64,000 nt of DNA, from the NCBI GenBank assembly GCA_964464925.1, contig CAYXLI010000028.1, positions 3,881-67,880 of the forward strand. The letters run 5' to 3'. Positions 9,689-17,311 of this stretch are shown piece after piece; position 1 is the first letter of the stretch; each line of letters opens with the position of its first letter. This stretch comes from an uncultured Solibacteraceae bacterium (GTDB lineage Bacteria; Acidobacteriota; Terriglobia; Bryobacterales; Bryobacteraceae). The notes below the pieces were generated by a model. The model was not told the DNA's origin. It was given only the letters and a program-made list of their open reading frames with translations, and did not search any database. A program made the position numbers and the translations under genes.

Positions 9689-10119
9689 ACCTCGGTCCAA
9701 CTGCTCTTGCCTTTCGGGCCTTTGCGGGTCACTTTGCGGACGAGACTCTTCCCGTCGCTTGCCACGGTGGTGACGGCGTCCTCTTCGGAATCCGCATTCT
9801 TCAGAGTGGACGAGATGGAGTTCGGAGCGATGCGCTGGAAGGTGATCTTCTGGTCACCGGTTCCCATCTTCACCGGGTGTTCCTTGCCATCGATAGCGCC
9901 ATCGAACGAGTAGGTATTCTCGGTGCCGTCAAGATCCGTCACCTTGCCCGTATACTTGAGCTTCGGCTCATTGTGTTCGATGACGATCTCGCCAGACTGG
10001 GGTGCCGAGTGGCCGCTCCATTTAGATTTCTTAATGTCCAGACGCCAAGTCCCGCTGAGGTTGGCCGGTTCCGCCAGGCACGGGATCGTTAACAAGAGCA
10101 ACAGAGCCAGATAACGCAT
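9673..10119 (-). CDS. Small secreted hypothetical protein
   Basis: Track ORF 9673..10146. Starting at M10 gives the signal peptide MRYLALLLLLTIPCLAEP, followed by a beta-rich 130-aa mature part. I recognise no family. Confidence 0.65.
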   Translation of the reverse strand: MRYLALLLLLTIPCLAEPANLSGTWRLDIKKSKWSGHSAPQSGEIVIEHNEPKLKYTGKVTDLDGTENTYSFDGAIDGKEHPVKMGTGDQKITFQRIAPNSISSTLKNADSEEDAVTTVASDGKSLVRKVTRKGPKGKSSWTEVYDRM

Positions 10120-10137
10120 ACACGAGATAGACGCGAA

Positions 10138-10917
10138 ATGAAGCATTTGTTGGCATTGCTAGTGTCGATTCCCCTGCTGGCGCAGGTTTCCACCGGACCG
10201 AAGAAGGGCGCGCTGTTGATTGCAGGCGGGGGCACCCTTGGACCGGAAATCGCTAAGAGGTTTGTGGAATTGGCCGGCGGACCGGACGTGCCGGTCGTTA
10301 TTATCCCTACGGCAGACGGCAAAGTGAAGGCGGATTCCGGCGAAGACAACGCGTTTCTCAAAGCGGCCGGATTCCGGCATGTCACCGTGTTACATACGAT
10401 CCAGCGCGAGGAGGCAAACACGAAGGAGTTCGTGAAGCCGCTGCGGAAAGCGCGGGCCGTGTGGATTAGCGGAGGCCGGCAGTGGCGGCTGGCCGATTCC
10501 TATCTCGACACGCGCACGATGCGTGAGTTGGAGAAGGTGCTGAAGCGCGGCGGAGTGATCGGCGGCAGCAGCGCGGGCGCGAGCATTCAGGCTTCCTACA
10601 TGGTCCGCGGCGCGCGGGAAGGCAATACGATCATGATGGCTCCAGGGTATGAGCGAGGGTTCGGTTTTCTGCAGAATGCCGCCATCGACCAGCACCTGCT
10701 GACGCGGAAGCGGGAAAGGGACATGCTGCAGGTAGTAGAGAAGCATCCCGAACTGCTGGGCATCGGCATCGACGAGAAGACCGCCATTGTGGTGAAGGGC
10801 GGTGAGTTTGAAGTCATCGGGCCGAGCAAAGTGGCGATATATGAAAACGGCCACCCGGACTTTTACTACTTAGTCGCGGGTGACCGTTTTGACCTCCGGA
10901 GCAGGAGGAAGAAGTAG
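10138..10917 (+). CDS. Secreted S51-family peptidase (cyanophycinase-like)
   Basis: 259 aa. It has a signal peptide, then LLIAGGG...VVIIPTA...VWISGGRQWRL...VIGGSSAGASIQ (nucleophile Ser context)...AIDQHLLTRKRE. Confidence 0.8.
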   Translation: MKHLLALLVSIPLLAQVSTGPKKGALLIAGGGTLGPEIAKRFVELAGGPDVPVVIIPTADGKVKADSGEDNAFLKAAGFRHVTVLHTIQREEANTKEFVKPLRKARAVWISGGRQWRLADSYLDTRTMRELEKVLKRGGVIGGSSAGASIQASYMVRGAREGNTIMMAPGYERGFGFLQNAAIDQHLLTRKRERDMLQVVEKHPELLGIGIDEKTAIVVKGGEFEVIGPSKVAIYENGHPDFYYLVAGDRFDLRSRRKK

Positions 10918-10926
10918 CGCTGCGCG

Positions 10927-12642
10927 CTACTGGTAGATAACCGACTTGCCTGTGCTCGACGTGGCGCTGACGAGGGCGTAGTCGATAGACGGCGCGGTGA
11001 ACTTCACCGGCGGGGCGCTGAGCCCGAGCGACAAAGAACCGGTCGGTATGGAAACGCCGCCGACACTGGGACTCTGACCGGGAACCAGGGCGAGCAGGAC
11101 GTACGACGGGACATTGAACGTACCGGCACTGTACGGCGCCGTGCAACTGAAGCCAGTAACGATGGCACTGCTCACGTTCATTCCTGTGATGCTATAGGAC
11201 GTGCCGGAGATGGTGACGAAGCCGGAGTATGGATTGCCGGTATCCCAGTTGACGGTCACTCCCTGCGATCGGGCGATGGTGCTGATGCTGCCGCTGTTCG
11301 TCCAATTCAATGCCGGCGGCATGTTGATCTGCGCTCCGCTGATTGCACCGACATCGGCGCCTCCGCTGTTGGTGAAGCTAAACTGCCCGCCACCATTGGG
11401 GATGAAGAGAGGCGACATGGAGCCCTGGGCGTCTGAACCGCTGACGAAGTAGAAGCCGCTGTTGCTCCTCGTAAGGTTCATCGTATTCCCGTTTGGAAGC
11501 TTCATGGTGATGGTGCCGGCATCGAGGACCTTCGGGGTGATGGTCGGCGGAGCGGTGCCGCCGGCCTGTCCCATGAACTGATACGTGGTGCACGTGCCGA
11601 ACGAGTTTTGCAGGATGGCCAAACCGGAGGCACTGACGTATTGAGACGGCGTGAACTCGGAGAACTGAGCACTGGCGCTGTCGCTCGTGGTGGTGCCGCC
11701 GCCGACGGTGACTCCTCCAACGGAGATTGGGGGTGTCTGGACCGTAGACTTGGTTACTCCGATGAAGCCGAGACGAAGGGAACCCTTGCTGAGAAGATTC
11801 TGCAGATCGGTAGTCGTCAGGCCGGTAGTTGCCGGATCAGAACAAGTGCGGCCGGATGCGGCTACGGCGATCGTGGCGGAGTTGCTGACGTAGCTGCCGG
11901 TCTGAACGACAACGCCAACGCTGCATCCCGTCACTCCGCCTGGGACCACGACATTGATCTGATCCACGGAAGGAAATTGAGAACGGCCGGCGTAGGCGAC
12001 TGTGGCGGGTTGGCCGCCGATATACACCTTCACATTCACGGTGCTCTTCAGGTCAGTCTGCGGGAAGGGATACCTGGTCTCGTCACCGGGAGAGGCACCC
12101 AGACCGGAACCCCACAGAACGATGGTGTCGCCTGGATTTGCGGCGGACGTCGGGGTAATCAGCGAGCCGCCGTTGTTTGCATCAAAAACTGCAGCGACTC
12201 CCGTACCGTTTCCGTTCAGGGTCAAAAGACCAAATGCTGAAGCCACCACGGTGATAGGAGCTGTCGCACTCGTCTGGCCGTTGTAGGAGACGGTAATGGT
12301 CCCCGTCCCGGCGGGCGTGTTCGAAGGAAGAATGCCGGCGATGTCCGTTGCCGAGACGTAATAGAGCGGCGCCTGCACCGTTGTGCCGTTGACGGTGATG
12401 CTGACGATGACTCCGTTCAGATTCGTGGTGAGCGGGCCCTTAGACAGGTCCGGTAGTGACGGATTCTGCGCGGGTCCGATACCGGAACCGAAGATGTGAA
12501 ACAGAGATCCCGGAGCGATGCCGTAGTTCGGCAGTCCGGGCAGCGTATAGCTGTAGTTATTCAAGATGGAATTCACCTTCGGCTGAGCCGAAGCGAGGCC
12601 GAATGCCGACAGCAGGCAGACAACCGCTGAGAGTTTGTTCAT
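10927..12642 (-). CDS. Secreted protein with N-terminal Solibacter-type Ig-like domain (paralogous module to 5121..7190)
   Basis: 571 aa. The signal peptide is LSAVVCLLSAFGLASAQ. It continues SLFHIFGSGIG...VQAPLYYVSATDIAGILP...VLWGSGLG...ATVAYAGRSQFPSVDQINVVVP. Confidence 0.75.
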   Translation of the reverse strand: MNKLSAVVCLLSAFGLASAQPKVNSILNNYSYTLPGLPNYGIAPGSLFHIFGSGIGPAQNPSLPDLSKGPLTTNLNGVIVSITVNGTTVQAPLYYVSATDIAGILPSNTPAGTGTITVSYNGQTSATAPITVVASAFGLLTLNGNGTGVAAVFDANNGGSLITPTSAANPGDTIVLWGSGLGASPGDETRYPFPQTDLKSTVNVKVYIGGQPATVAYAGRSQFPSVDQINVVVPGGVTGCSVGVVVQTGSYVSNSATIAVAASGRTCSDPATTGLTTTDLQNLLSKGSLRLGFIGVTKSTVQTPPISVGGVTVGGGTTTSDSASAQFSEFTPSQYVSASGLAILQNSFGTCTTYQFMGQAGGTAPPTITPKVLDAGTITMKLPNGNTMNLTRSNSGFYFVSGSDAQGSMSPLFIPNGGGQFSFTNSGGADVGAISGAQINMPPALNWTNSGSISTIARSQGVTVNWDTGNPYSGFVTISGTSYSITGMNVSSAIVTGFSCTAPYSAGTFNVPSYVLLALVPGQSPSVGGVSIPTGSLSLGLSAPPVKFTAPSIDYALVSATSSTGKSVIYQ

Positions 12643-12682
12643 GTAGTCTCCTCTGCATATATGCGTTTAGGTGATGATCAAT

Positions 12683-12698
12683 GGTGAATCATTTCACA
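12683..12698. promoter_or_regulatory. CRP/FNR-like palindrome GGTGA-N6-TCACA upstream of 10927..12642
   Basis: ggtgaatcatttcaca lies 41-56 nt upstream of the ATG at 12642. It matches TGTGA-N6-TCACA at 9 of 10 positions. This is a single site and no cognate regulator is in the window. Confidence 0.25.
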
Positions 12699-12739
12699 CA
12701 ATGCCCCACCCTTTTCCTGGGTGCAACTGTCTCATTGTA

Positions 12740-13405
12740 TTAGCTTGTGGCCCCTGAAGGGATACCCGCTTCGTTTATCCCGGTTTTCGGGGCGGGCAAA
12801 GGAGCGAGGCGCTCACCGCGGACCCGAATCACGGCGTTTTTTTCCAACGGGAGTTGCGCAAAACATTCTTTCAGGCCCTGACGGGGCGGTTCAGCGACCG
12901 GTTCGGCGGCGGGAAGCGGCTCGGCGTGTTTTTTACGAAGCGAAGCCATTTTTTCGACGCGCTGCATGGCTTTATCGAAGGCACGCTGGAGGTGGGCATC
13001 GTAGCGGCGGTAACGATCCATAATCTCGTCGGCCTTCATGAAGCCCATGGCTTCGAGGTGGCCGGCATGAAGGTCGCCCGGTTGCGCTCCGGCGGCCTCG
13101 TACTCAGCATTGGCCGTGGTTTCAAAGATGCTGGCTTCCAAACGAAGCGACCGCTCCATGCGCCAGAAGGCCTCGGCGGCGTGCTTGACCAGGAGCCGCT
13201 CGTAATTGTCCACGGGTTCAAAGCGGGTCTCGAACGACTCGATGATCGCATCGAGATCTTCCCGATGTTCCCAGGGAAGAATCGCGTGCTGCGCCGTGAG
13301 CCCATGTTTCACTCCGTTAAAGCGGGTCTTGGATGTGTCCTTGGGACCTGTGGATTTCCTGGCATTCGCGCGATTCGCTTCGATTCGTTTTTGCGATACT
13401 TGCAT
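12740..13405 (-). CDS. Hypothetical protein with N-terminal RIEANRANARKSTGPK motif
   Basis: Track ORF 12740..13441. I prefer the start at M13 (MQVSQKRIEANRANARKSTGPKDTSKTRFNGVKHGL...). It has a helical middle and a Pro/Ala-rich C-terminus, with no assignable function. Confidence 0.65.
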   Translation of the reverse strand: MQVSQKRIEANRANARKSTGPKDTSKTRFNGVKHGLTAQHAILPWEHREDLDAIIESFETRFEPVDNYERLLVKHAAEAFWRMERSLRLEASIFETTANAEYEAAGAQPGDLHAGHLEAMGFMKADEIMDRYRRYDAHLQRAFDKAMQRVEKMASLRKKHAEPLPAAEPVAEPPRQGLKECFAQLPLEKNAVIRVRGERLAPLPAPKTGINEAGIPSGATS

Positions 13406-13570
13406 GTTTTTCGCTCCTGGCTTGAGATTGGGGCAATCCATTACCCCTGATCGCAGTTTCCAGGATGCGTATATCAGACGAGGGAGAAGAGCCGCTACAA
13501 GTAATTGAAAACAAGCCGGAAATAAAACGCCATCGGACGTGATGGCCAGCGAGGCGTTACACTAAGACTA

Positions 13571-14437
13571 GTGTTGGTCACGATTTCCTCCCAGCAGCAG
13601 CCGCGTCCGATGTGGCTTCGCGCACCCGCCCCGGTTGGTGAAAACTATCGAGAGCTGAAGCAACTGGTCAGCGATCTGAAATTGCATACGGTATGCGAGA
13701 GCGCGGCCTGTCCCAATATCGGTGAATGCTGGAACCGGCGCACGGCAACGTTTATGATCCTGGGGAACGTGTGCACTCGCAGATGCGGATTCTGTGCCGT
13801 TCAGAAGGGCGCTCCACTAGAGGTGGACTACGACGAACCCCGGAGAGTGGCGGAGGCAGCGTCGGCGCTGGGGCTGAACTACGCGGTGATCACAAGTGTG
13901 AATCGCGACGACCGGAAGGATGGAGGGGCGGAACTCTTCGCTGCCGTCATCCGGGCGATCCGGGAACGCATTCCGGGCTGCAAGGTGGAGGTTCTAGTGC
14001 CTGATTTCCAGGGCTCGGCGGCAGCGATGGAGATCGTGATGGAGGCAGAGCCGGATGTGCTGAACCACAACACAGAAACGGTCCCACGGCTATACAGACA
14101 GGTGCGGCTAGGGGCTCGCTACGAGCGGTCGCTCGAGATGCTGGAGTATGCCAAGAAACTGCGGCCGAACATTCCGACCAAGTCCGGATTAATGCTGGGC
14201 CTGGGAGAGACGAAGGACGAGGTGGTGAGCGTGATGAAGGATCTGCAGGCACACGCGGTCGACATTCTCACGCTCGGTCAGTATCTGCGGCCCTCGCCGA
14301 AACACCTGCCGATTATCCGGTATGTGCCCGTAGAGGAATTCGCGGAGTTGAAGCATATCGGCCAGAGGCTTGGGTTCTCGCATGTGGAGGCCGGCCCTCT
14401 GGTACGGAGTTCCTATCACGCCGATTCAGCCCTGTAG
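13571..14437 (+). CDS. lipA: Lipoyl synthase (radical SAM)
   Basis: 288 aa. It reads LHTVCESAACPNIGECW (auxiliary cluster), CTRRCGFCAV (CxxxCxxC) and ...LTLGQYLRPS. The GTG start at 13571 is plausible; the internal M at 13610 is an alternative. Confidence 0.95.
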   Translation: MLVTISSQQQPRPMWLRAPAPVGENYRELKQLVSDLKLHTVCESAACPNIGECWNRRTATFMILGNVCTRRCGFCAVQKGAPLEVDYDEPRRVAEAASALGLNYAVITSVNRDDRKDGGAELFAAVIRAIRERIPGCKVEVLVPDFQGSAAAMEIVMEAEPDVLNHNTETVPRLYRQVRLGARYERSLEMLEYAKKLRPNIPTKSGLMLGLGETKDEVVSVMKDLQAHAVDILTLGQYLRPSPKHLPIIRYVPVEEFAELKHIGQRLGFSHVEAGPLVRSSYHADSAL

Positions 14438-14485
14438 CAGGAACAAACTGGTTCACAATTTCGTACAGTCAGACAGGTACAACCT

Positions 14486-14677
14486 ATGTTCAGCTTCTTG
14501 GTCTGGTGCGTGCTGTTTGTACTTTGCTGGCCGTTAGCACTGATCGCGCTGTTACTTTACCCGCTGATCTGGCTGCTGCTGCTTCCGTTCCGTGTTGTGG
14601 GCATTGCGGTCAGCGGTGCTCTGCATCTGATATGGGCGATCGTGACACTACCAGCTCGGGTTTTGGCCCGGATTTGA
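14486..14677 (+). CDS. Possible small two-helix membrane protein
   Basis: 63 aa. MFSFLVWCVLFVLCWPLALIALLLYPLIWLLLLPFRVVGIAVSGALHLIWAIV is strongly hydrophobic. There is no clear SD site. The 3' end overlaps the convergent gene 14610..15326 by 68 nt. Confidence 0.4.
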   Translation: MFSFLVWCVLFVLCWPLALIALLLYPLIWLLLLPFRVVGIAVSGALHLIWAIVTLPARVLARI

Positions 14678-15326
14678 GAATCCGGGAGACAGGGGCGGGC
14701 TTCTCCTGAAAGGCTCGCCACCAGATGTAAAGGCAGAGAAAGTGCGTAAGAACCAGCACGATGTCACCCACCCGAATGGTGGCCTTGGAAATCTGACGCA
14801 GCGATTGTCCAATGGCATCCCCCGTCATTTGCAGACCAAGACCGCCGGTGATCATCAGAAGCCGTGTATCCTTCTTCTCAGCGGCAAGAAGAACGAACCA
14901 CAAAGCTAAATTCGCGATAGCGGAGCAAAAGCTTAAATTCCGGATTACCCGGCTCATCCAGAGTGACAACTGCGGCACCTCATGGATATAAAGGGATCCG
15001 ACCCAGAAGATAATTGCGAGCGAAACGAGCAAGCGCGTGAGTGCAGCACGCAAGCGGTTATTCGGAATGGCGTGGGAGACAAGCGAAACGACCACGGCGT
15101 AAAGGCCGGTTTGCCGGACTACTTCAGAGGTCCAATAGTAGTAAATGTAGGCTCTTTGACTGGCGGTTGAGACCATCACGATATCGGCGATCGTGCACAC
15201 AACCAACAGACACGAGTAGAAGAACGCGGTTCTATATTCGCGCCACGCTCCTTCGAGAAGAGCCGCGACGACCAGGAACTGCAGTCCAAGCCCGATGATC
15301 CAGAATGACCATTGGAGATAAGGCAT
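14610..15326 (-). CDS. Polytopic membrane protein, unknown family
   Basis: 238 aa with about 6-7 hydrophobic segments (FWIIGLGLQFLVVAALL, FFYSCLLVVCTIADIVMV, LYAVVVSLV, LLVSLAIIFWVGSL, FCSAIANLALWFVLL, VLVLTHFLCLYIWW). Confidence 0.7.
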   Translation of the reverse strand: MPYLQWSFWIIGLGLQFLVVAALLEGAWREYRTAFFYSCLLVVCTIADIVMVSTASQRAYIYYYWTSEVVRQTGLYAVVVSLVSHAIPNNRLRAALTRLLVSLAIIFWVGSLYIHEVPQLSLWMSRVIRNLSFCSAIANLALWFVLLAAEKKDTRLLMITGGLGLQMTGDAIGQSLRQISKATIRVGDIVLVLTHFLCLYIWWRAFQEKPAPVSRILKSGPKPELVVSRSPISDAEHR

Positions 15327-15450
15327 TACGGGACGGTCTTCTTATTGTAAGTCCATAGCCGCCCTATCGAACCAATTGTTTCGCTTGGAAAGGAAAATCG
15401 TCAAGCCATTCTGCGTCGATGCGGACAGAAACCGCAAGTAAATCAGCGGC

Positions 15451-15792
15451 CTACGCCAAGAATGGTGGATCTCCCCACGGATCGGGCGGCATGGTGGGGC
15501 TAGCGCTGATTCCGTGAGAGCGGGCGAGGATGGCGGCAGGTGGATCTCCCCAAGGGTCAGGCGGCATGGTGGGGCTGGCGCTGATTCCTTGAGCGCGGGT
15601 GAGGGCGGGCGGATCCCCCCACGGGTCTGGCGGCATGGTGGGGCTGGCCTGGAAGGAGGAATCGACGAGGGGCAAAACAGAGTCGATATCCTGGCTTGCA
15701 TTCATAGTACCGACGTTCACGAACGTAGCGATCGCGAAGAGAATCGCGGCAACGGCAAAAAGTTTGGGGCTTTCCAGTAATCGCTTCATCAT
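15451..15792 (-). CDS. Small N-terminally anchored/secreted protein with 3 tandem SPTMPPDPWGDPP repeats
   Basis: 113 aa. AAGGAGAT sits directly upstream of ATGATG. The N-terminus KRLLESPKLFAVAAILFAIATFVN is paralogous to the neighbour 15814..16020. Confidence 0.65.
   Translation of the reverse strand: MMKRLLESPKLFAVAAILFAIATFVNVGTMNASQDIDSVLPLVDSSFQASPTMPPDPWGDPPALTRAQGISASPTMPPDPWGDPPAAILARSHGISASPTMPPDPWGDPPFLA
15454..15648. repeat. In-frame tandem DNA repeat (units of about 69, 75 and 51 nt) inside the small-protein gene
   Basis: The three copies share ...ggcggcatggtggggct(a/g)gc(g)ctg...ggatc(t/c)cccca.... They encode ASPTMPPDPWGDPP plus a variable 9-11 aa spacer. Confidence 0.85.
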
Positions 15793-15813
15793 ATCTCCTT
15801 TAAAATTAGTTAT

Positions 15814-16020
15814 TTACCTTGTATGGGCCAATGCCTGAACACCGGGCGCGCCGGAAGGCGCAGCAGTGTTCGCCTGGACTGGCGTTGCGTGGGCGGGAGA
15901 GACGATGGCGGCACCGGCGGTGGCCTCGGAAGGAGGGAAGGTCAGGTTAACAAAAGTCGCCAGGGCGAACAGGAGACCGGTCGCGGCGAACAGTTTCGGA
16001 TTGGCAAGTGCTTTAGACAT
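15814..16020 (-). CDS. Small N-terminally anchored/secreted Ala/Pro-rich protein, paralogue of 15451..15792
   Basis: 68 aa. GGAGA lies 7 nt upstream of the ATG. The N-terminus is SKALANPKLFAATGLLFALATFVN. It ends 21 nt before the next small gene. Confidence 0.6.
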   Translation of the reverse strand: MSKALANPKLFAATGLLFALATFVNLTFPPSEATAGAAIVSPAHATPVQANTAAPSGAPGVQALAHTR

Positions 16021-16320
16021 GAAAAATCTCCAAATCTACTCTTAGCGATCCTTTAAATGGACTAGGATCTTTGGGCTAAGCAGTTTACATGAGTGTACTC
16101 CGGATTTCCGTAGCATGCCATAGGTAAAAAGGAACACTAAAGACAATAAAACCTCTGACAGGCCGAGAAAAGGCGGTACGAAGAGTCTAAGCAATTGAGT
16201 CAAGAAGCGTAATTGGTGTTACGGCTTTAGAGACTGTGTCTGCTATCAGGAACAGTACTAAGTACTTTTAGGGTGTTAGAGTGACCGCAACAGGGGGTAT
16301 CGAATACCTACAAATAGGTA

Positions 16321-17229
16321 TTATTCGCGGCCTGTGTAGGAGGAAGTCGGTTCTATTGAGTCGGAGTACCTGGAGCGATTGCCTCGGGAGTGGCGGCCAG
16401 GCCATTCGAGACGCATATCCGCACTGACATCGTCGAGCATCTCGGCGGAGGCGGATTTAGAGGCATCAGCAAAGCAAGTGAGCAGCAGATTGTCGCAAAA
16501 GGCATTAATGACGCGCGGGATGCCCTGGGTACGGCGGTGGATCTCCTGCATGATCTCAAGCGGAAAGATAGCCTGTTCCGGGATGCCGGCCTTAGTGAAA
16601 CGGCTGTTGATATAACGGATGGTGTCCTCTTCGGAGAACGGGTTGAGATTGTACCTGAGGACGATGCGCTGTTTGAGCTGACGGAGATTGGGGGCATCGA
16701 GTTTGCGGTCAAACTCGGGCTGGCCAGCCATGATGATCTGCAGCAATTTGCCGTGCCGGTTCTCCAGATTGCCGAGCAGGCGAATCTCTTCGAGCACTTC
16801 CCATTCGAGATTCTGCGCCTCATCGACGATGAGGACGCCGGTGCTTCCCTTCTCGGCCTGAGAAAGGAGCATCTGGTTTAACTCGACCAGAACCTCGGTT
16901 TTCGAAGTGCGCGAGCAGCGCAGGTCGAAATCGTAGGCCATCATCTCGAAAAATTGATCGCTGCTGATGCGGGAATTGAACAGAAACGCGAACTCGATGG
17001 ATTGCTCATAGAGATAATCCCTAAGGCATTCGAGCATTGTGGTCTTGCCGGTACCTACTTCCCCGGTCAGGACAATGAAGCCTTTGCGGGCCTGGACTCC
17101 GTAAATCAAATTCGAGAGAGCTTCTTCATGCTGCTCGCTCCGGTAGAGGAAAGCTGGATCGGGGCTGAGACTGAAGGGATCCTCTTTGAAACCGAAGAAA
17201 GCTTTGTAAACGCTCTGGGCCTGCTTCAC
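16321..17229 (-). CDS. ExeA/GspA-like AAA ATPase (AAA_22 type)
   Basis: 302 aa. It reads FFGFKEDPFSLSPDPAFLYRSEQHEEALSNLIYGVQARKGFIVLTGEVGTGKTT (Walker A), LIVDEAQNL (Walker B) and GIPRVINAFCDNLL. Confidence 0.85.
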   Translation of the reverse strand: MKQAQSVYKAFFGFKEDPFSLSPDPAFLYRSEQHEEALSNLIYGVQARKGFIVLTGEVGTGKTTMLECLRDYLYEQSIEFAFLFNSRISSDQFFEMMAYDFDLRCSRTSKTEVLVELNQMLLSQAEKGSTGVLIVDEAQNLEWEVLEEIRLLGNLENRHGKLLQIIMAGQPEFDRKLDAPNLRQLKQRIVLRYNLNPFSEEDTIRYINSRFTKAGIPEQAIFPLEIMQEIHRRTQGIPRVINAFCDNLLLTCFADASKSASAEMLDDVSADMRLEWPGRHSRGNRSRYSDSIEPTSSYTGRE

Positions 17230-17311
17230 TTCTAGAAGTGTAGCAGACAGAATCGAAAGGAATTCGCGGAAAGGACCCGATTGAGAGGTCCCTTGCCGTA
17301 ATTACGGCTAC

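Noticed and set aside
15454-15648. Possible CRISPR-like array, given the regular repeats
   Set aside because: There are only about 2.7 units with no unique spacers of constant length. The repeats are in frame inside an SD-led ORF and encode a repeated peptide. No cas genes are present.
13571-16020. RiPP cluster hypothesis with the nearby radical-SAM gene as the tailoring enzyme
   Set aside because: The radical-SAM gene is a canonical lipA with both lipoyl-synthase cluster motifs, is on the opposite strand and is housekeeping. No other maturase, protease or transporter typical of RiPP loci is present. The repeat peptides remain a finding but not as a supported biosynthetic gene cluster.
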